A stretch of 50,777 nt of DNA from Candidatus Nomurabacteria bacterium (GCA_943357245.1 CALRGH010000002.1:1-50777), one strand, 5' to 3'; positions 38,269-48,266 are shown, counted from the stretch's first letter. Numbers and translations: made by a program. The notes: generated from the letters alone by a model not told the origin.

Positions 38269-39525
38269 ATGTTAGACGTAAAAGTAATCAAACAAGCCCT
38301 CGAACAATTAGAAGAAGAGCGACGTATTCCAAAAGAAAAAATCCTCGATGCGATTGAGCAATCACTCGCGGCAGCGTACAAAAAAGAGTACGGCAAACGC
38401 GGACAAATCGTCCGTGCAAAATTTGACCTTGAAACAGGTATCACTGAATTTTTCCAAATCAAAAAAGTAGTCGATGACACCATGGTATACATGGCGCAAG
38501 ATGATGAAGAGGAAAATCCGCCAGCTGGCGGAGAACGCCCAGAAGGTGATGAGCGTGTTCGTTTCAATGAAGAGCACCACATCATGCTCGAAGATGCGCA
38601 AAAAATTAAAAAAGATATTGATCTTGATGAAGAAATCGTATTCCCTCTCGAATCAAAAGAAGATTTTGGTCGCATTGCTGCACAAACCGCAAAGCAGGTC
38701 ATCATCCAACGCATTCGCGAAGCAGAACGTTCATCTATCATTGATGAATACGGTGCTCGCGAAGGCGAAGTGATTTCAGGTACCGTTCAAAAGAGTGAAC
38801 GTGGTATTTTGTATGTTGATTTCAATCGTGCAACCGGTATGCTCCCCTTTGAAGAACAAATTCCTGGCGAACATTATCACCGTGGCGACCGCATTCGCGC
38901 ATATCTCTACAGTGTTGATGAAACACCACGCGGTGTTGCTATTCGTCTCTCTCGTACCCATCCAAAATTTATCGAAAAATTATTCGAACTTGAAGTACCA
39001 GAACTTGCATCAGGTGCAGTCGCGATAAAAGCAATCGCGCGTGAAGCAGGTAGCCGTTCAAAAGTTGCGGTTATGTCCAATGACTCACATGTTGATCCAA
39101 CTGGCGCATTTGTCGGCCAACGTGGCGTTCGTGTTACCACCGTCACGAATGAATTAGGTGGTGAAAAAATCGACATTATCGAATGGTCAGAAGATCCGAC
39201 AACGTTCGTTGCAAAATCTCTCTCTCCTGCAAAAGTGCTCGATATCACCATTGATGAAAACGAACACAAAGCGTCTATACAAGTTGCGGAAGATCAGCTT
39301 TCTCTCGCTATTGGTAAAGGCGGTCAAAACGTTCGTCTCGCGGCAAAACTTACCGGTTGGAGAATTGATATTAAAGGCATCGCAGGCGTTGCCGTAGAAG
39401 GCATGGCAGAGACGATTGAAGATAATGATGAAGGGTATGTGAGTTTGAAAGATTTAAAAGAAAAAGAAACTGAGACAGTTGAAGAGGTGGTTGAGGAAAA
39501 ATCTGCAGACGAGCCTGTCGCGTAA
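38269..39525 (+). CDS. nusA: Transcription termination/antitermination factor NusA
   Basis: 418 aa; N-terminal domain, S1 and two KH domains; an acidic insertion in the N-terminal domain. Confidence 0.93.
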   Translation: MLDVKVIKQALEQLEEERRIPKEKILDAIEQSLAAAYKKEYGKRGQIVRAKFDLETGITEFFQIKKVVDDTMVYMAQDDEEENPPAGGERPEGDERVRFNEEHHIMLEDAQKIKKDIDLDEEIVFPLESKEDFGRIAAQTAKQVIIQRIREAERSSIIDEYGAREGEVISGTVQKSERGILYVDFNRATGMLPFEEQIPGEHYHRGDRIRAYLYSVDETPRGVAIRLSRTHPKFIEKLFELEVPELASGAVAIKAIAREAGSRSKVAVMSNDSHVDPTGAFVGQRGVRVTTVTNELGGEKIDIIEWSEDPTTFVAKSLSPAKVLDITIDENEHKASIQVAEDQLSLAIGKGGQNVRLAAKLTGWRIDIKGIAGVAVEGMAETIEDNDEGYVSLKDLKEKETETVEEVVEEKSADEPVA

Positions 39526-39533
39526 TTTTGTTC

Positions 39534-39567
39534 CCTACTTACTACTATCTACTAACTACTTACTAAC
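39534..39567 (+). repeat. Family B leader repeat
   Basis: CCTACTTACTACTATCTACTAACTACTTACTAAC, G-free, ends 2 nt before the ppa ATG. Near-identical to 2360-2390 and 49637-49667. Confidence 0.75.
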
Positions 39568-39569
39568 TC

Positions 39570-40154
39570 ATGGCCAACATAAATCTTCCCCCATCAAAGT
39601 TCATGTACAATTTGCTCCATGTACTGCCACCATTCGCAAATAAGGAAAAAGGCATCGTGAATGCAATTATCGAAATCAACTCTGGTGCTATCAATAAATA
39701 CGAGCTCATCACTGAGAGCGGTCAACTCAAACTTGACCGTGTCGGTTATTCTTCGCTCGCCTATCCATTTGCCTATGGTGCAATTCCTATGACGTGGGAT
39801 GAAGACGGTGACCCACTCGATATCGAAATTGTAGGCGTATCAGAACCTCTTGTCGCCGGCTGTATCGTTGAAGCACGAGTCATCGGGGTGATGAAATTCA
39901 ACGATAGTGGCGAAGTTGACGATAAAGTCATCGCGGTGCTTGCAGATGATAAGCGCATGGATCATATTTTAGAGCTTGCAGATCTCGGTGAACACTTCAT
40001 TCACGAAACACAATACTACTGGGAACACTACAAAGACCTTAAAAAACCAGGACTCTGTAAATCTGATGGATTTTATGACCACACAAAAGCTCTTGAGATA
40101 ATCGATGAATGCGCGGAGCGATATACAAAAGACTACGCGCCAAAAGTGGTCTAA
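39570..40154 (+). CDS. ppa: Inorganic pyrophosphatase (family I)
   Basis: 194 aa; NKYE...DRV...YG.IP.T.DEDGDPLD motifs. Confidence 0.9.
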   Translation: MANINLPPSKFMYNLLHVLPPFANKEKGIVNAIIEINSGAINKYELITESGQLKLDRVGYSSLAYPFAYGAIPMTWDEDGDPLDIEIVGVSEPLVAGCIVEARVIGVMKFNDSGEVDDKVIAVLADDKRMDHILELADLGEHFIHETQYYWEHYKDLKKPGLCKSDGFYDHTKALEIIDECAERYTKDYAPKVV

Positions 40155-40295
40155 CGAGTATACGTTAGACCATCCCGACAAAGGTCGGGATCCAGAATAA
40201 AATATCTGTTGAGAAACCCCGCCTTGCAAAGGTGGGGTTTCTGCTATACTTGTATAAGCGACAGCAATGTCCATTTATTAAATAACTAATAATTT

Positions 40296-41285
40296 ATGAA
40301 AAAAATAGTATACATTAGTGTCTTGATACTTTTTATCTTTGCACTCTTCGGTAAAGCACAAGCAAAAGACGGTGAATCAGGACGAGATGAATTTCGTCTG
40401 CGTACATCTAATTCAGGATCTTTTGGTGAAAACCAATGGAGTCGTGGTGGTGATGATGACGGAGAAGACAACGAAGATGAATCAGATGACGACAGTCGTA
40501 TTCGAGTAAGAATGGGTGCTCAAGCAACTATTACAAACGATGATGATTCTGATGACGACAACGACGATTCTGATGATAATGAAATCAATGATGACAAAGA
40601 AGGACTTCGAAAAGACGGAGAAAATCGTTTTAAACTATTCCCATTTCTAAAAGGCCCAAAGAAGGAAGGAGTCCTTGATATGATCCAAAGACAAGAAATG
40701 GCAACAGGTTCTGGAACCCACTCTCCTTTTTTCAAAGAAAATAAAGGGAACTCAGATAACCGTAATCCTCGTTCAGATTTCCGTAACAAAATTGGTATGC
40801 GCTTTACGTTTGCGATGCACAACTTAGACAATCTTCGCGATCGCCTTGCATCTCATATCGATAAGTTGAAGACAAAAGGAGTTGATACAACAAATGCATC
40901 AGCACTTCTTGTACTAGCTGACACAGATATCGCAAGTGCAAAAATTGCAGTCGATGCACTCCAAGCAAAAATAGACTCACTATTTATTGTCACTCCTCCA
41001 ACAACTCCTGTGACTGCTACAGTAACTGATACAGTAACTGATACAACAACGGTACAAAATCCACTTGATGATGCAACAAAAGCTGAAATTCGTACCCTTG
41101 CAACGAGTGCAAAGGATGCAATTGTTAAAGCGTACAAATCTCTCGGCGCAGTAATCGGTGAGATTAAAAAGATACGCCAAGAAAACGATATCAGCGATGA
41201 TGCTAGTGACGATAGTGATGACGACGACGATGATGACAGCGATGATGCTGATGACACCTCATCAACAGCAACTACTACTAATTAA
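40296..41285 (+). CDS. Secreted, extremely Asp-rich protein
   Basis: 329 aa; signal peptide; poly-D/S/N tracts near the N-terminus and at the C-terminus. Confidence 0.6.
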   Translation: MKKIVYISVLILFIFALFGKAQAKDGESGRDEFRLRTSNSGSFGENQWSRGGDDDGEDNEDESDDDSRIRVRMGAQATITNDDDSDDDNDDSDDNEINDDKEGLRKDGENRFKLFPFLKGPKKEGVLDMIQRQEMATGSGTHSPFFKENKGNSDNRNPRSDFRNKIGMRFTFAMHNLDNLRDRLASHIDKLKTKGVDTTNASALLVLADTDIASAKIAVDALQAKIDSLFIVTPPTTPVTATVTDTVTDTTTVQNPLDDATKAEIRTLATSAKDAIVKAYKSLGAVIGEIKKIRQENDISDDASDDSDDDDDDDSDDADDTSSTATTTN

Positions 41286-41295
41286 TTAACTATCT

Positions 41296-41580
41296 ATGGA
41301 TTCACAAACACCTCCACAAATGAATACGTCTCCTATGAGTAGCCCTACAAAAAGTGGCAACAATGTCGCCTTAATCCTTGTTGTCCTTGTCGCCCTCGCA
41401 CTTATTGCTTTCTTTGCAATGTCAAAAAAACAGCCAAGTACCACTGATATTCAGCAAGATCCAACAAGTACTCTTGACGCTGGGGCACAAGTTGAATTGA
41501 GTAGTACATCGACTTCTGTCAAAGCAATCGATGAAGACTACAAATCAGCTGACCCTTCAAATTTGGATGCGGGAATATAA
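41296..41580 (+). CDS. Small single-pass membrane protein
   Basis: 94 aa; one TM (VALILVVLVALALIAFFAM). Confidence 0.45.
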   Translation: MDSQTPPQMNTSPMSSPTKSGNNVALILVVLVALALIAFFAMSKKQPSTTDIQQDPTSTLDAGAQVELSSTSTSVKAIDEDYKSADPSNLDAGI

Positions 41581-41582
41581 AA

Positions 41583-41703
41583 AGTAGCAGGTAGCAGGGA
41601 ACTAGTAGCAAGGGTTTCCGAATAAAAAACAAATGCGGGATTCGGCTTCGCCGAATCCCGCATTTTGTCACCCCTGCTACTTGCTACCAACACCTTGCTA
41701 CTT
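41583..41703. terminator. Composite module: family C arms around a terminator hairpin
   Basis: Inner stem GCGGGATTCGGC-TTC-GCCGAATCCCGC flanked by A- and T-runs. Arms AGTAGCAGGTAGCAGGG... / ...CCCCTGCTACTTGCTACC. Confidence 0.8.
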
Positions 41704-41895
41704 ATTACTGTCTTGCTTCACTTGTATATACTGCCCCATATACCCCACTGACCCTGTCTGCGCACCATCTCTATTTGAAAGCGTATAGTACAGAAAAACA
41801 CCTGTCGCCGAAATCACTAACAGTAACATAATTACTTTGACACTTGTATATGCTGGGTCGTCCATATATCCTCTAGTGTACACCCAACATTATTT

Positions 41896-41924
41896 TTGAC
41901 AAATTACTCAAATTTCCGTATGCT
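41896..41924 (+). promoter_or_regulatory. Sigma-70-type promoter of tig; geometry predicts a leaderless mRNA
   Basis: TTGACA, 17-nt spacer, TATGCT. The ATG at 41931 begins 7 nt after the -10. Confidence 0.55.
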
Positions 41925-41930
41925 CTTTCC

Positions 41931-42986
41931 ATGTCACACACATCAACAATACAAACACTCCCTGGTAGTACTCGAGAAGTATCTGTCATCATCCCTTCGG
42001 ATGCTTTTTTGGCATTTGAAGACAAAGCAATTGAAAAAGTAAATGCTCGTATCGAAATTCCTGGATTTCGCAAGGGCAAAGCAACCAAAGATGCACTCCT
42101 TAAGCATATTGGTGATATGGCACTTCTTGAAGAAATGGCAGAACTCGCACTTTCAGATGCGTATCCAAAACTTATTGCAGAGCACAAACTCGACCCCATT
42201 GGCAGGCCAGAAGTCCGTATTACCAAAATCGCTCGTGGTAACCCTCTTGAATTCACCTTCAAAACAGCAGTGGTGCCTGAAACAACGCTTCCTGATTATA
42301 AAAAAATTGCAAAAGAAGAAATGAGTAAGGAATTAAAAACAGAGGTGACGGATGAAGACGTCGAAAAAACGATTCTCGAAGTCCGCCAAATGCGCGCGCA
42401 CCAAGAACTCCACAAGGAAGGTGACGAACACAACCATGATCATGGAGATGCCCTCGATGAGAAAAATCTACCTGCACTTGATGATACGTTCGTAAAATCA
42501 CTCGGTAAATTCGACAATGTCGAAGATTTCAAAGTAAAAATCCGAGAAAATATTGCACTTGAAAAAGACCGTGAAGCAAAAGACAAACGACGAGTTGCGA
42601 TGCTTGATGCACTTATTAAAGACACCAGAACAGAAGTACCAGCTATTCTCGTGCATGCGGAACAAGAAAAAATGTTTGGCCGTATGAGTTTTGAAATAGA
42701 AAAAGCAGGACTCAAGATGGATGAATATTTGACGCATTTAAAAAAGACGAAAGAAGAATTGTTCGAAACATGGAAGGACGAAGCGTACAAACAAGCGACA
42801 CTCGAACTCGTCGTCGATAAAATCGCAGGATTAGAAAATCTGCGTCCGACAGAAGTAGAAGTGACAAAACAGGCAGAAGAAGTTATGAAAGCATACCCTG
42901 GCTCTGATCTCGAACGTGCAAAAGTATATGTCGAGCACATGCTCACTAATCAGAAAGTGCTTGCGTTTCTCGAAGCACAGAAATAA
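41931..42986 (+). CDS. tig: Trigger factor lacking the PPIase domain
   Basis: 351 aa; ribosome-binding GFRKGKA motif and C-terminal arm domain. The FKBP segment is replaced by a short His/Asp-rich linker. Confidence 0.85.
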   Translation: MSHTSTIQTLPGSTREVSVIIPSDAFLAFEDKAIEKVNARIEIPGFRKGKATKDALLKHIGDMALLEEMAELALSDAYPKLIAEHKLDPIGRPEVRITKIARGNPLEFTFKTAVVPETTLPDYKKIAKEEMSKELKTEVTDEDVEKTILEVRQMRAHQELHKEGDEHNHDHGDALDEKNLPALDDTFVKSLGKFDNVEDFKVKIRENIALEKDREAKDKRRVAMLDALIKDTRTEVPAILVHAEQEKMFGRMSFEIEKAGLKMDEYLTHLKKTKEELFETWKDEAYKQATLELVVDKIAGLENLRPTEVEVTKQAEEVMKAYPGSDLERAKVYVEHMLTNQKVLAFLEAQK

Positions 42987-42991
42987 AAAAG

Positions 42992-43025
42992 AAAAACCCT
43001 CATCAAAATTTGATGAGGGTTTTTA
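42992..43025. terminator. Intrinsic terminator after tig
   Basis: AACCCTCATCAAA/TTTGATGAGGGTT palindrome with T-run. Confidence 0.85.
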
Positions 43026-43048
43026 ATTTTTTTTTAAAAATACTTCAC

Positions 43049-43198
43049 TTAAAGCCACGAAAGGAATGCGATGGTCGCGAGCACTAAAAAAAGTGCATTG
43101 TCTGTTGCTGTTGGTGTATACCCATCAGCATTTTCTTTTTTTCTGTTTTCGATGAAAAGTTCTAAACTCTTATCGTTCGAGGAATTATTTTTATTCAT
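43049..43198 (-). CDS. Possible 49-aa small membrane protein (below the ORF-track cutoff)
   Basis: Hand translation MNKNNSSNDKSLELFIENRKKENADGYTPTATDNALFLVLATIAFLSWL, with a C-terminal hydrophobic helix. Confidence 0.25.
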   Translation of the reverse strand: MNKNNSSNDKSLELFIENRKKENADGYTPTATDNALFLVLATIAFLSWL

Positions 43199-43233
43199 TT
43201 GTTATTTTTTTTGATTAAACTTATTATAGCAAA

Positions 43234-43263
43234 TTGACGAAAAATGTCAATACGTGCTATAAT
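43234..43263 (+). promoter_or_regulatory. Sigma-70-type promoter of clpP
   Basis: TTGACG, 18-nt spacer, TATAAT, followed by ACCCTTG as at the nusA promoter. Confidence 0.7.
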
Positions 43264-43311
43264 ACCCTTGTCTCACTAAGCTTATTTACTCTTAATTACT
43301 CAATAAACAAT

Positions 43312-43896
43312 ATGTTAATCCCAACCGTAATCGAAAAAACACCTCAAGGCGAACGCGCCTACGATATTTACTCTCGCCTTTTAAAAGACCGCATTATCTT
43401 TCTTGGTGGTCCTATTGATGACACTGTTGCAAATCTTGTCATAGCGCAACTTCTTTTTCTTGCAAATGAAGACTCAAAAAAAGATATTTATCTGTACATA
43501 AATTCTCCTGGCGGTTCTGTAACTGCGGGACTTGCAATTTTAGATACCATGCAATTTGTTAAACCAGATGTTTCGACAATCTGTGTCGGTATGGCAGCAT
43601 CAATGGGTTCACATCTTCTCGCAGGAGGCGCTAAAGGTAAACGTTTTGCATTACCAAATTCAGAAATAATGATTCACCAACCACACGGTGGGTTTGAAGG
43701 ACAAGCAACGGATATTGAAATTACCGCAAAACAAATATTAAAACTCCGTGGGCGGCTTAATGAAATATTTGCTAAAAATACAGGTCAAAAACTTACCCAA
43801 GTAGAAAAAGATATGGAACGCGATTTTTATATGAGCTCACCTGAAGCAAAAAAATACGGCATCGTCGATGACGTCATCACAAAAGCAAAAGCATAA
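43312..43896 (+). CDS. clpP: ATP-dependent Clp protease proteolytic subunit
   Basis: Conserved sequence starts at [10 protein letters not shown]. Catalytic-Ser context GMAASMG. The ORF-track start lies in the promoter. Confidence 0.95.
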   Translation: MLIPTVIEKTPQGERAYDIYSRLLKDRIIFLGGPIDDTVANLVIAQLLFLANEDSKKDIYLYINSPGGSVTAGLAILDTMQFVKPDVSTICVGMAASMGSHLLAGGAKGKRFALPNSEIMIHQPHGGFEGQATDIEITAKQILKLRGRLNEIFAKNTGQKLTQVEKDMERDFYMSSPEAKKYGIVDDVITKAKA

Positions 43897-43991
43897 CTTC
43901 AAAAAGAAATCCCCACAAATAATCTTTGTGGGGATTTCTTTTTGAAAACCTGTAGTACACTGTACACATATAAGTAATCAATATATTTTTT

Positions 43992-44378
43992 ATGTCTCAC
44001 CCACAACATGAATCGCTAAAAATTGGTCTTTTGTGTCTTATTATTATTTTGCTTACCGTGTTCGTCTACCAAAACACGCAAAATAATAAATTAATCCAGA
44101 CTGCACTATTTCCAAGAGTGATCACCAATATTCCTGGCACCGATGCTGATCCGGGTCTTGCTGGCCATGGTATCGTAAACCTTACCAGCGCAACCTACAA
44201 TGGATCAACAAATATGGTAACAAATGCAGACGGTTCATCGTGTCCTGGTATCTGTGTTAACCAGCAAACTGGTGCAAAAATCACCCTCAAAGAAGGTATG
44301 GCATGCCCTGCCCCATATCCAGCAGGAATGACCTACAACGCAACGACTAAAAAGTGCGTGAAAACAAGTACTAGATAG
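43992..44378 (+). CDS. Hypothetical membrane-anchored or secreted Cys-containing protein
   Basis: 128 aa; N-terminal TM. Confidence 0.5.
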   Translation: MSHPQHESLKIGLLCLIIILLTVFVYQNTQNNKLIQTALFPRVITNIPGTDADPGLAGHGIVNLTSATYNGSTNMVTNADGSSCPGICVNQQTGAKITLKEGMACPAPYPAGMTYNATTKKCVKTSTR

Positions 44379-44392
44379 CATTTTCTATAGAA

Positions 44393-44438
44393 AGAGCCTG
44401 CACCCTCCGCCAGCTGGCGGAGGGTGCAGGCTCTTTTT
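44393..44438 (+). terminator. Strong intrinsic terminator
   Basis: 19-bp perfect stem AGAGCCTGCACCCTCCGCC / GGCGGAGGGTGCAGGCTCT plus T5. Confidence 0.9.
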
Positions 44439-44610
44439 GCTCGCACATGTGGGATTCTTCTGCTACAATAAACTCGTTCGACATTACTAAACTAAGCACG
44501 CGTATCCGCTTTGGCTGTATGAACCCAACTATCACTTTCCTTTCCTTTTCTCCCCTATATTCAGAAAAATCACATAGTGGTACATCTCCAATTGCGGGCG
44601 CACAACCCGT

Positions 44611-46140
44611 ATGGACTCATTATTAACCATTGGATTCATTTTTGGATCCTTAATCGTCGGTGCTGGTCTCGGCTACTACCTACGACTTTTGATTGCGCTC
44701 GGTGCTCGCTCTGGCGCTGAGATTGAAATAAAGAAAATGTTGCTCGGCGCAAAAGAAGAAGCTGAGCGTATTCGTGATGAAGCAAAGAAAAAAGCAGACG
44801 AACGCGCTGAAGAATTGAAGATCGAAGAAAAAAATCGTGAAGCAGAGTATAAGAAAACCGAAGAACGGTATATTAAAAAAGAAGAACTTCTTGATGCGCG
44901 TCAAACAGAAATAGAAAAAGAAATTGAAAATCTGAAGTTAAAAGAAGAAGATATCAAGCTTGTAAAAGAAAAAATTGACGCACAAGAAGCAAACAAGATA
45001 CTCGAACTTGAACGTGTCGGCCGTCTTTCTGAAAAAGAAGCGCGTGATGAACTTGAAAACAGTGTGAAAAGAAAATACGAAGGCGATTTACTCGTCCGCA
45101 TGCAAAAATTGGAAATGGACAACAATGAACGTCTCCAGATTCGCGCAAAAGAAATTTTGACAACTGCCGTGCAACGACTCGCCTCTTCCACTGCGTCGGA
45201 ACTTATGACAACCTCCGTGCAGATTCCAAATGATGAAATCAAAGGCAAAATTATCGGTAAAGAAGGTCGCAATATTCGCGCATTTGAAAAATCAGCAGGC
45301 GTTGAACTCATTGTGGATGACACACCGGGCGCAATTGTGATTTCAAGTTTTGATCCTGTCCGCCGACAAGTCGCACGATTAGCTCTTGAAAATCTTATTC
45401 TAGATGGCCGTATTCAGCCTGCAAAAATAGAAGACGAAGTCGCAAAAGCACAATCAGAAATCAACAAAATCATCAAAGAAAAAGGCGAACAAGCAGTCTA
45501 TGAATGTGGTATCTACAACCTAGATCCGCGCATTGTCGCTATTGTCGGCCGTCTCTACTTCCGCACGAGTTACGGACAAAATGTCCTCCAGCACTCTATC
45601 GAAATGGTACACATCGCTGGCATGCTCGCTGAAGAGCTCGGGGCTGATGTTGCTATCGCAAAAGCAGGTGCGCTGGTGCATGATATCGGTAAGGCGCTCG
45701 ATCATGAAGTGCAAGGCACGCACATCGACATCGGTATGCGCATCCTGCAGAAATTCGGCGCTGATCCTCGCATTATCACCGCAATGAAGAGTCACCACGA
45801 TGATTGGCCACATGAGACACTCGAAGCGGTTATTGTGCAAACAGCCGACTATATCTCTGGTGGACGCCCTGGTGCGCGCCGTGACTCTGTAGAACAATAT
45901 TTAAAACGCTTAGCAGATCTTGAAACGATTGTGGGTTCATTTGCAGGGGTTGAAAAATCCTACGCAATCGCCGCAGGTCGTGAAGTACGCGTCTTTGTTC
46001 GTCCAAGTGAAATCAGTGATATTGCTTGCAAGGAACTTGGTCGCAATATCGTAGAACGCATCGAGAAAGAATTACGCTACCCAGGTGAAATTAAAATCAC
46101 CGTCATTCGAGAAATGCGAGTCATCGAATTCGCCCGGTAA
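44611..46140 (+). CDS. rny: Ribonuclease Y
   Basis: 509 aa; N-terminal TM, coiled coil, KH (GKIIGKEGRNIR) and HD (HDIGK) domains. Confidence 0.93.
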   Translation: MDSLLTIGFIFGSLIVGAGLGYYLRLLIALGARSGAEIEIKKMLLGAKEEAERIRDEAKKKADERAEELKIEEKNREAEYKKTEERYIKKEELLDARQTEIEKEIENLKLKEEDIKLVKEKIDAQEANKILELERVGRLSEKEARDELENSVKRKYEGDLLVRMQKLEMDNNERLQIRAKEILTTAVQRLASSTASELMTTSVQIPNDEIKGKIIGKEGRNIRAFEKSAGVELIVDDTPGAIVISSFDPVRRQVARLALENLILDGRIQPAKIEDEVAKAQSEINKIIKEKGEQAVYECGIYNLDPRIVAIVGRLYFRTSYGQNVLQHSIEMVHIAGMLAEELGADVAIAKAGALVHDIGKALDHEVQGTHIDIGMRILQKFGADPRIITAMKSHHDDWPHETLEAVIVQTADYISGGRPGARRDSVEQYLKRLADLETIVGSFAGVEKSYAIAAGREVRVFVRPSEISDIACKELGRNIVERIEKELRYPGEIKITVIREMRVIEFAR

Positions 46141-46150
46141 TAAAAAATAA

Positions 46151-46180
46151 AAAACCCTCCGTGCAAACGGAGGGTTTTTG
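46151..46180. terminator. Intrinsic terminator after rny
   Basis: CCCTCCGT...ACGGAGGG stem with T-run. Confidence 0.85.
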
Positions 46181-46190
46181 ATTTCAATTT

Positions 46191-46622
46191 TCACACAAAC
46201 AATGCTATTTCTTCAACTGTTTTTGATTTGTCTTCTTTTAATTCAGCATAAAATTCAACCCCAAACTTTACGGACATTACCATCATAAGAGGATGCGTAA
46301 TAATATTAAAAAATTCTTGCCCATATCCTTCGAGTATCCACTCTTTTGGATTTTCTATATTAAGAAAACCAAGGATATGCTTCGGCCCATCAATAAAATC
46401 AAGATACGGAATACGGATGATGCGAATTTTTGTGTACGGAATACGGAGTGAAAAAACTTTTATTTTTGGTACTTTTTCCTGCCATACAATACCTATTATT
46501 GTTGTATCGGGAAGTATTGAACAAGGAAACTCTCTCCGATCTGCGGTGGTATACCCTTCTTCATTAAGAAATGCCTCTATTTGTAGAGGAAGCGGTACGA
46601 TTTCATTTATTTGATTTTTCAT
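46191..46622 (-). CDS. Hypothetical protein
   Basis: 143-aa ORF; no family recognised. Confidence 0.45.
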   Translation of the reverse strand: MKNQINEIVPLPLQIEAFLNEEGYTTADRREFPCSILPDTTIIGIVWQEKVPKIKVFSLRIPYTKIRIIRIPYLDFIDGPKHILGFLNIENPKEWILEGYGQEFFNIITHPLMMVMSVKFGVEFYAELKEDKSKTVEEIALFV

Positions 46623-46719
46623 GGGGTTTATTTTCCTCTAGTCTACTCAAACCAATACGTTTGTCAATTTGTATATATCCCAAAAGAAAACATGCTTTTG
46701 CGGTACGCAAAAGCATGTT

Positions 46720-47052
46720 TTAAAAACTGGTGGGCATGTGTGTCGTATAGAAAGTATTCATCCATACACGAATCCATTTGTGTTGATAGAGAGCAACCAG
46801 CACATCTTGATCCTTATTGCTCACTTGTCCAAACAAATCTCCCAGAGAAGATGGCGGTAGTGGAAACAATATCATCGTCTTAGCTACAACATCTTTCCAA
46901 TCAAGGATGATGTTTATATCAAAGACATTACCTTCAAAATCAAGTTGGTCTTTCATAAGACTTTGTTCAAATGCCAAAGCATTGTAGGGAGACTCAACAT
47001 GAAAATAGGCATACCCACCCCGTTTTTTATTCGTAAAAATGATAAGGTGCAT
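46720..47052 (-). CDS. Hypothetical protein
   Basis: 110-aa ORF; no family recognised. Confidence 0.4.
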   Translation of the reverse strand: MHLIIFTNKKRGGYAYFHVESPYNALAFEQSLMKDQLDFEGNVFDINIILDWKDVVAKTMILFPLPPSSLGDLFGQVSNKDQDVLVALYQHKWIRVWMNTFYTTHMPTSF

Positions 47053-47235
47053 AGCAAATTTTTATTTACTTTAATATAAAATACTCATTAAGTCAACTTT
47101 TCTCCCCTATTGCCTTATAAAATAAAGGTGGAGTATACTGGGGCTAGCTTTTAAGGGTATTCCCTGACAAGCTCTAGAGCTTATTAGTTAATGAGCAGGG
47201 CGATCTAGCTAGTCGCAGTGCTCTCATAATTATCT

Positions 47236-47508
47236 ATGAACAAACAATCACTTGCTGAGTGGGTACAAGGAGTTACTGGTGGTACGAAAGTACAAGCAGA
47301 GCAAATCATCGATGGTATCATCGACCAAATCACGATGACTTTGAAAAAAGGCGACGAAGTATCTCTCGCTGGCCTCGGTATCTTCTCAACAAAGGCTCGT
47401 GCAGCTCGCATGGCTCGCAATCCTAAGACTGGTGAAGCAGTCAAGGTAGCAGCTACCACGGTTCCAAAATTCCGTGCAGCAAAAGCGCTCAAAGACGCTG
47501 TTAAATAA
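47236..47508 (+). CDS. hup: DNA-binding protein HU
   Basis: 90 aa; GLGIFSTKARAARMARNPKTGE arm motif. Confidence 0.9.
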   Translation: MNKQSLAEWVQGVTGGTKVQAEQIIDGIIDQITMTLKKGDEVSLAGLGIFSTKARAARMARNPKTGEAVKVAATTVPKFRAAKALKDAVK

Positions 47509-47526
47509 GTAGTAGATTCTCTTAAA

Positions 47527-47556
47527 GAAAAAACCGCTCGAAAGAGCGGTTTTTTC
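47527..47556 (+). terminator. Intrinsic terminator after hup
   Basis: ACCGCTC-GAAA-GAGCGGT plus T6. Confidence 0.85.
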
Positions 47557-47615
47557 TATCTTTTTACAAAAATCAATATTTTTGCTATGCTTGGGACACC
47601 AATGTTTATACCAAT

Positions 47616-47686
47616 GCGGGATTAGTTTATCGGTAAAACAACAGTTTTCCAAACTGTGGTGAGGAGTTCGACTCTCCTATCCCGCA
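47616..47686 (+). tRNA. tRNA-Gly (anticodon UCC)
   Basis: Hand-folded 71-nt cloverleaf: acceptor GCGGGAT/ATCCCGC, anticodon arm ACAGT-TTTCCAA-ACTGT, T arm AGGAG-TTCGACT-CTCCT. No encoded CCA. Confidence 0.8.
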
Positions 47687-47692
47687 CATATG

Positions 47693-47721
47693 AAAAAACA
47701 CCTTATATAAGGTGTTTTTTC
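47693..47721. terminator. Bidirectional terminator (tRNA-Gly / mscL)
   Basis: A6-CACCTTATATAAGGTG-T6. Confidence 0.8.
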
Positions 47722-47728
47722 ATATTCC

Positions 47729-48034
47729 CTACTCTTTCTTCTTATCAAGCTTTTCAAGCCCGAGTGCTTTGACACCAAAGTAGACAACTGCCGCAATAAT
47801 AACAAAATCAATAAGTGTTGAAATAAATGCGCCCCATTTGAGGGATGCAGTGCCGATGGTGAGTGCTTTATCAGCGAGGTCTACCCTACCAAGCGCAAGA
47901 CCGACAAGTGGATTAACAACATTTTCGACAAGTGATGACACCATCTTCGATACTGCCCCACCCAAAATAAAACCGACCGCGAGTCCAACAACGCCTTGTT
48001 CACGAATAAAATTTAAGAAATTTTTAGGATGCAT
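47729..48034 (-). CDS. mscL: Large-conductance mechanosensitive channel
   Basis: 101 aa; FIREQGVVGLAVGFILGGA N-terminus typical of MscL. Confidence 0.9.
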   Translation of the reverse strand: MHPKNFLNFIREQGVVGLAVGFILGGAVSKMVSSLVENVVNPLVGLALGRVDLADKALTIGTASLKWGAFISTLIDFVIIAAVVYFGVKALGLEKLDKKKE

Positions 48035-48266
48035 AAAAAATTAAAAATATAGACCCGAGTAACAAATAAATCTTAACACAGGAATCGCCCGCGACTAAAA
48101 ATTTTTCGTCAAAAATTTTTGTCTGGACACCGCCTCGCGATTTTTTGAGGCAAAAAATAACGCTCCGGCGTTGAATTCTGTGGTGCAAGTAAAGCAGTTC
48201 ACTTGCACCATGAAATTCAACCCTGCCCTCCTCCCCTTCGGGGCCACGGATGTCCCCCGGACATCC

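Noticed and set aside
41698-41883. 61-aa minus-strand ORF with one hydrophobic segment
   Set aside because: Its 3' end runs into the family C repeat arm and its start abuts the tig promoter. It cannot be excluded as a small membrane protein, but support is too weak to list.
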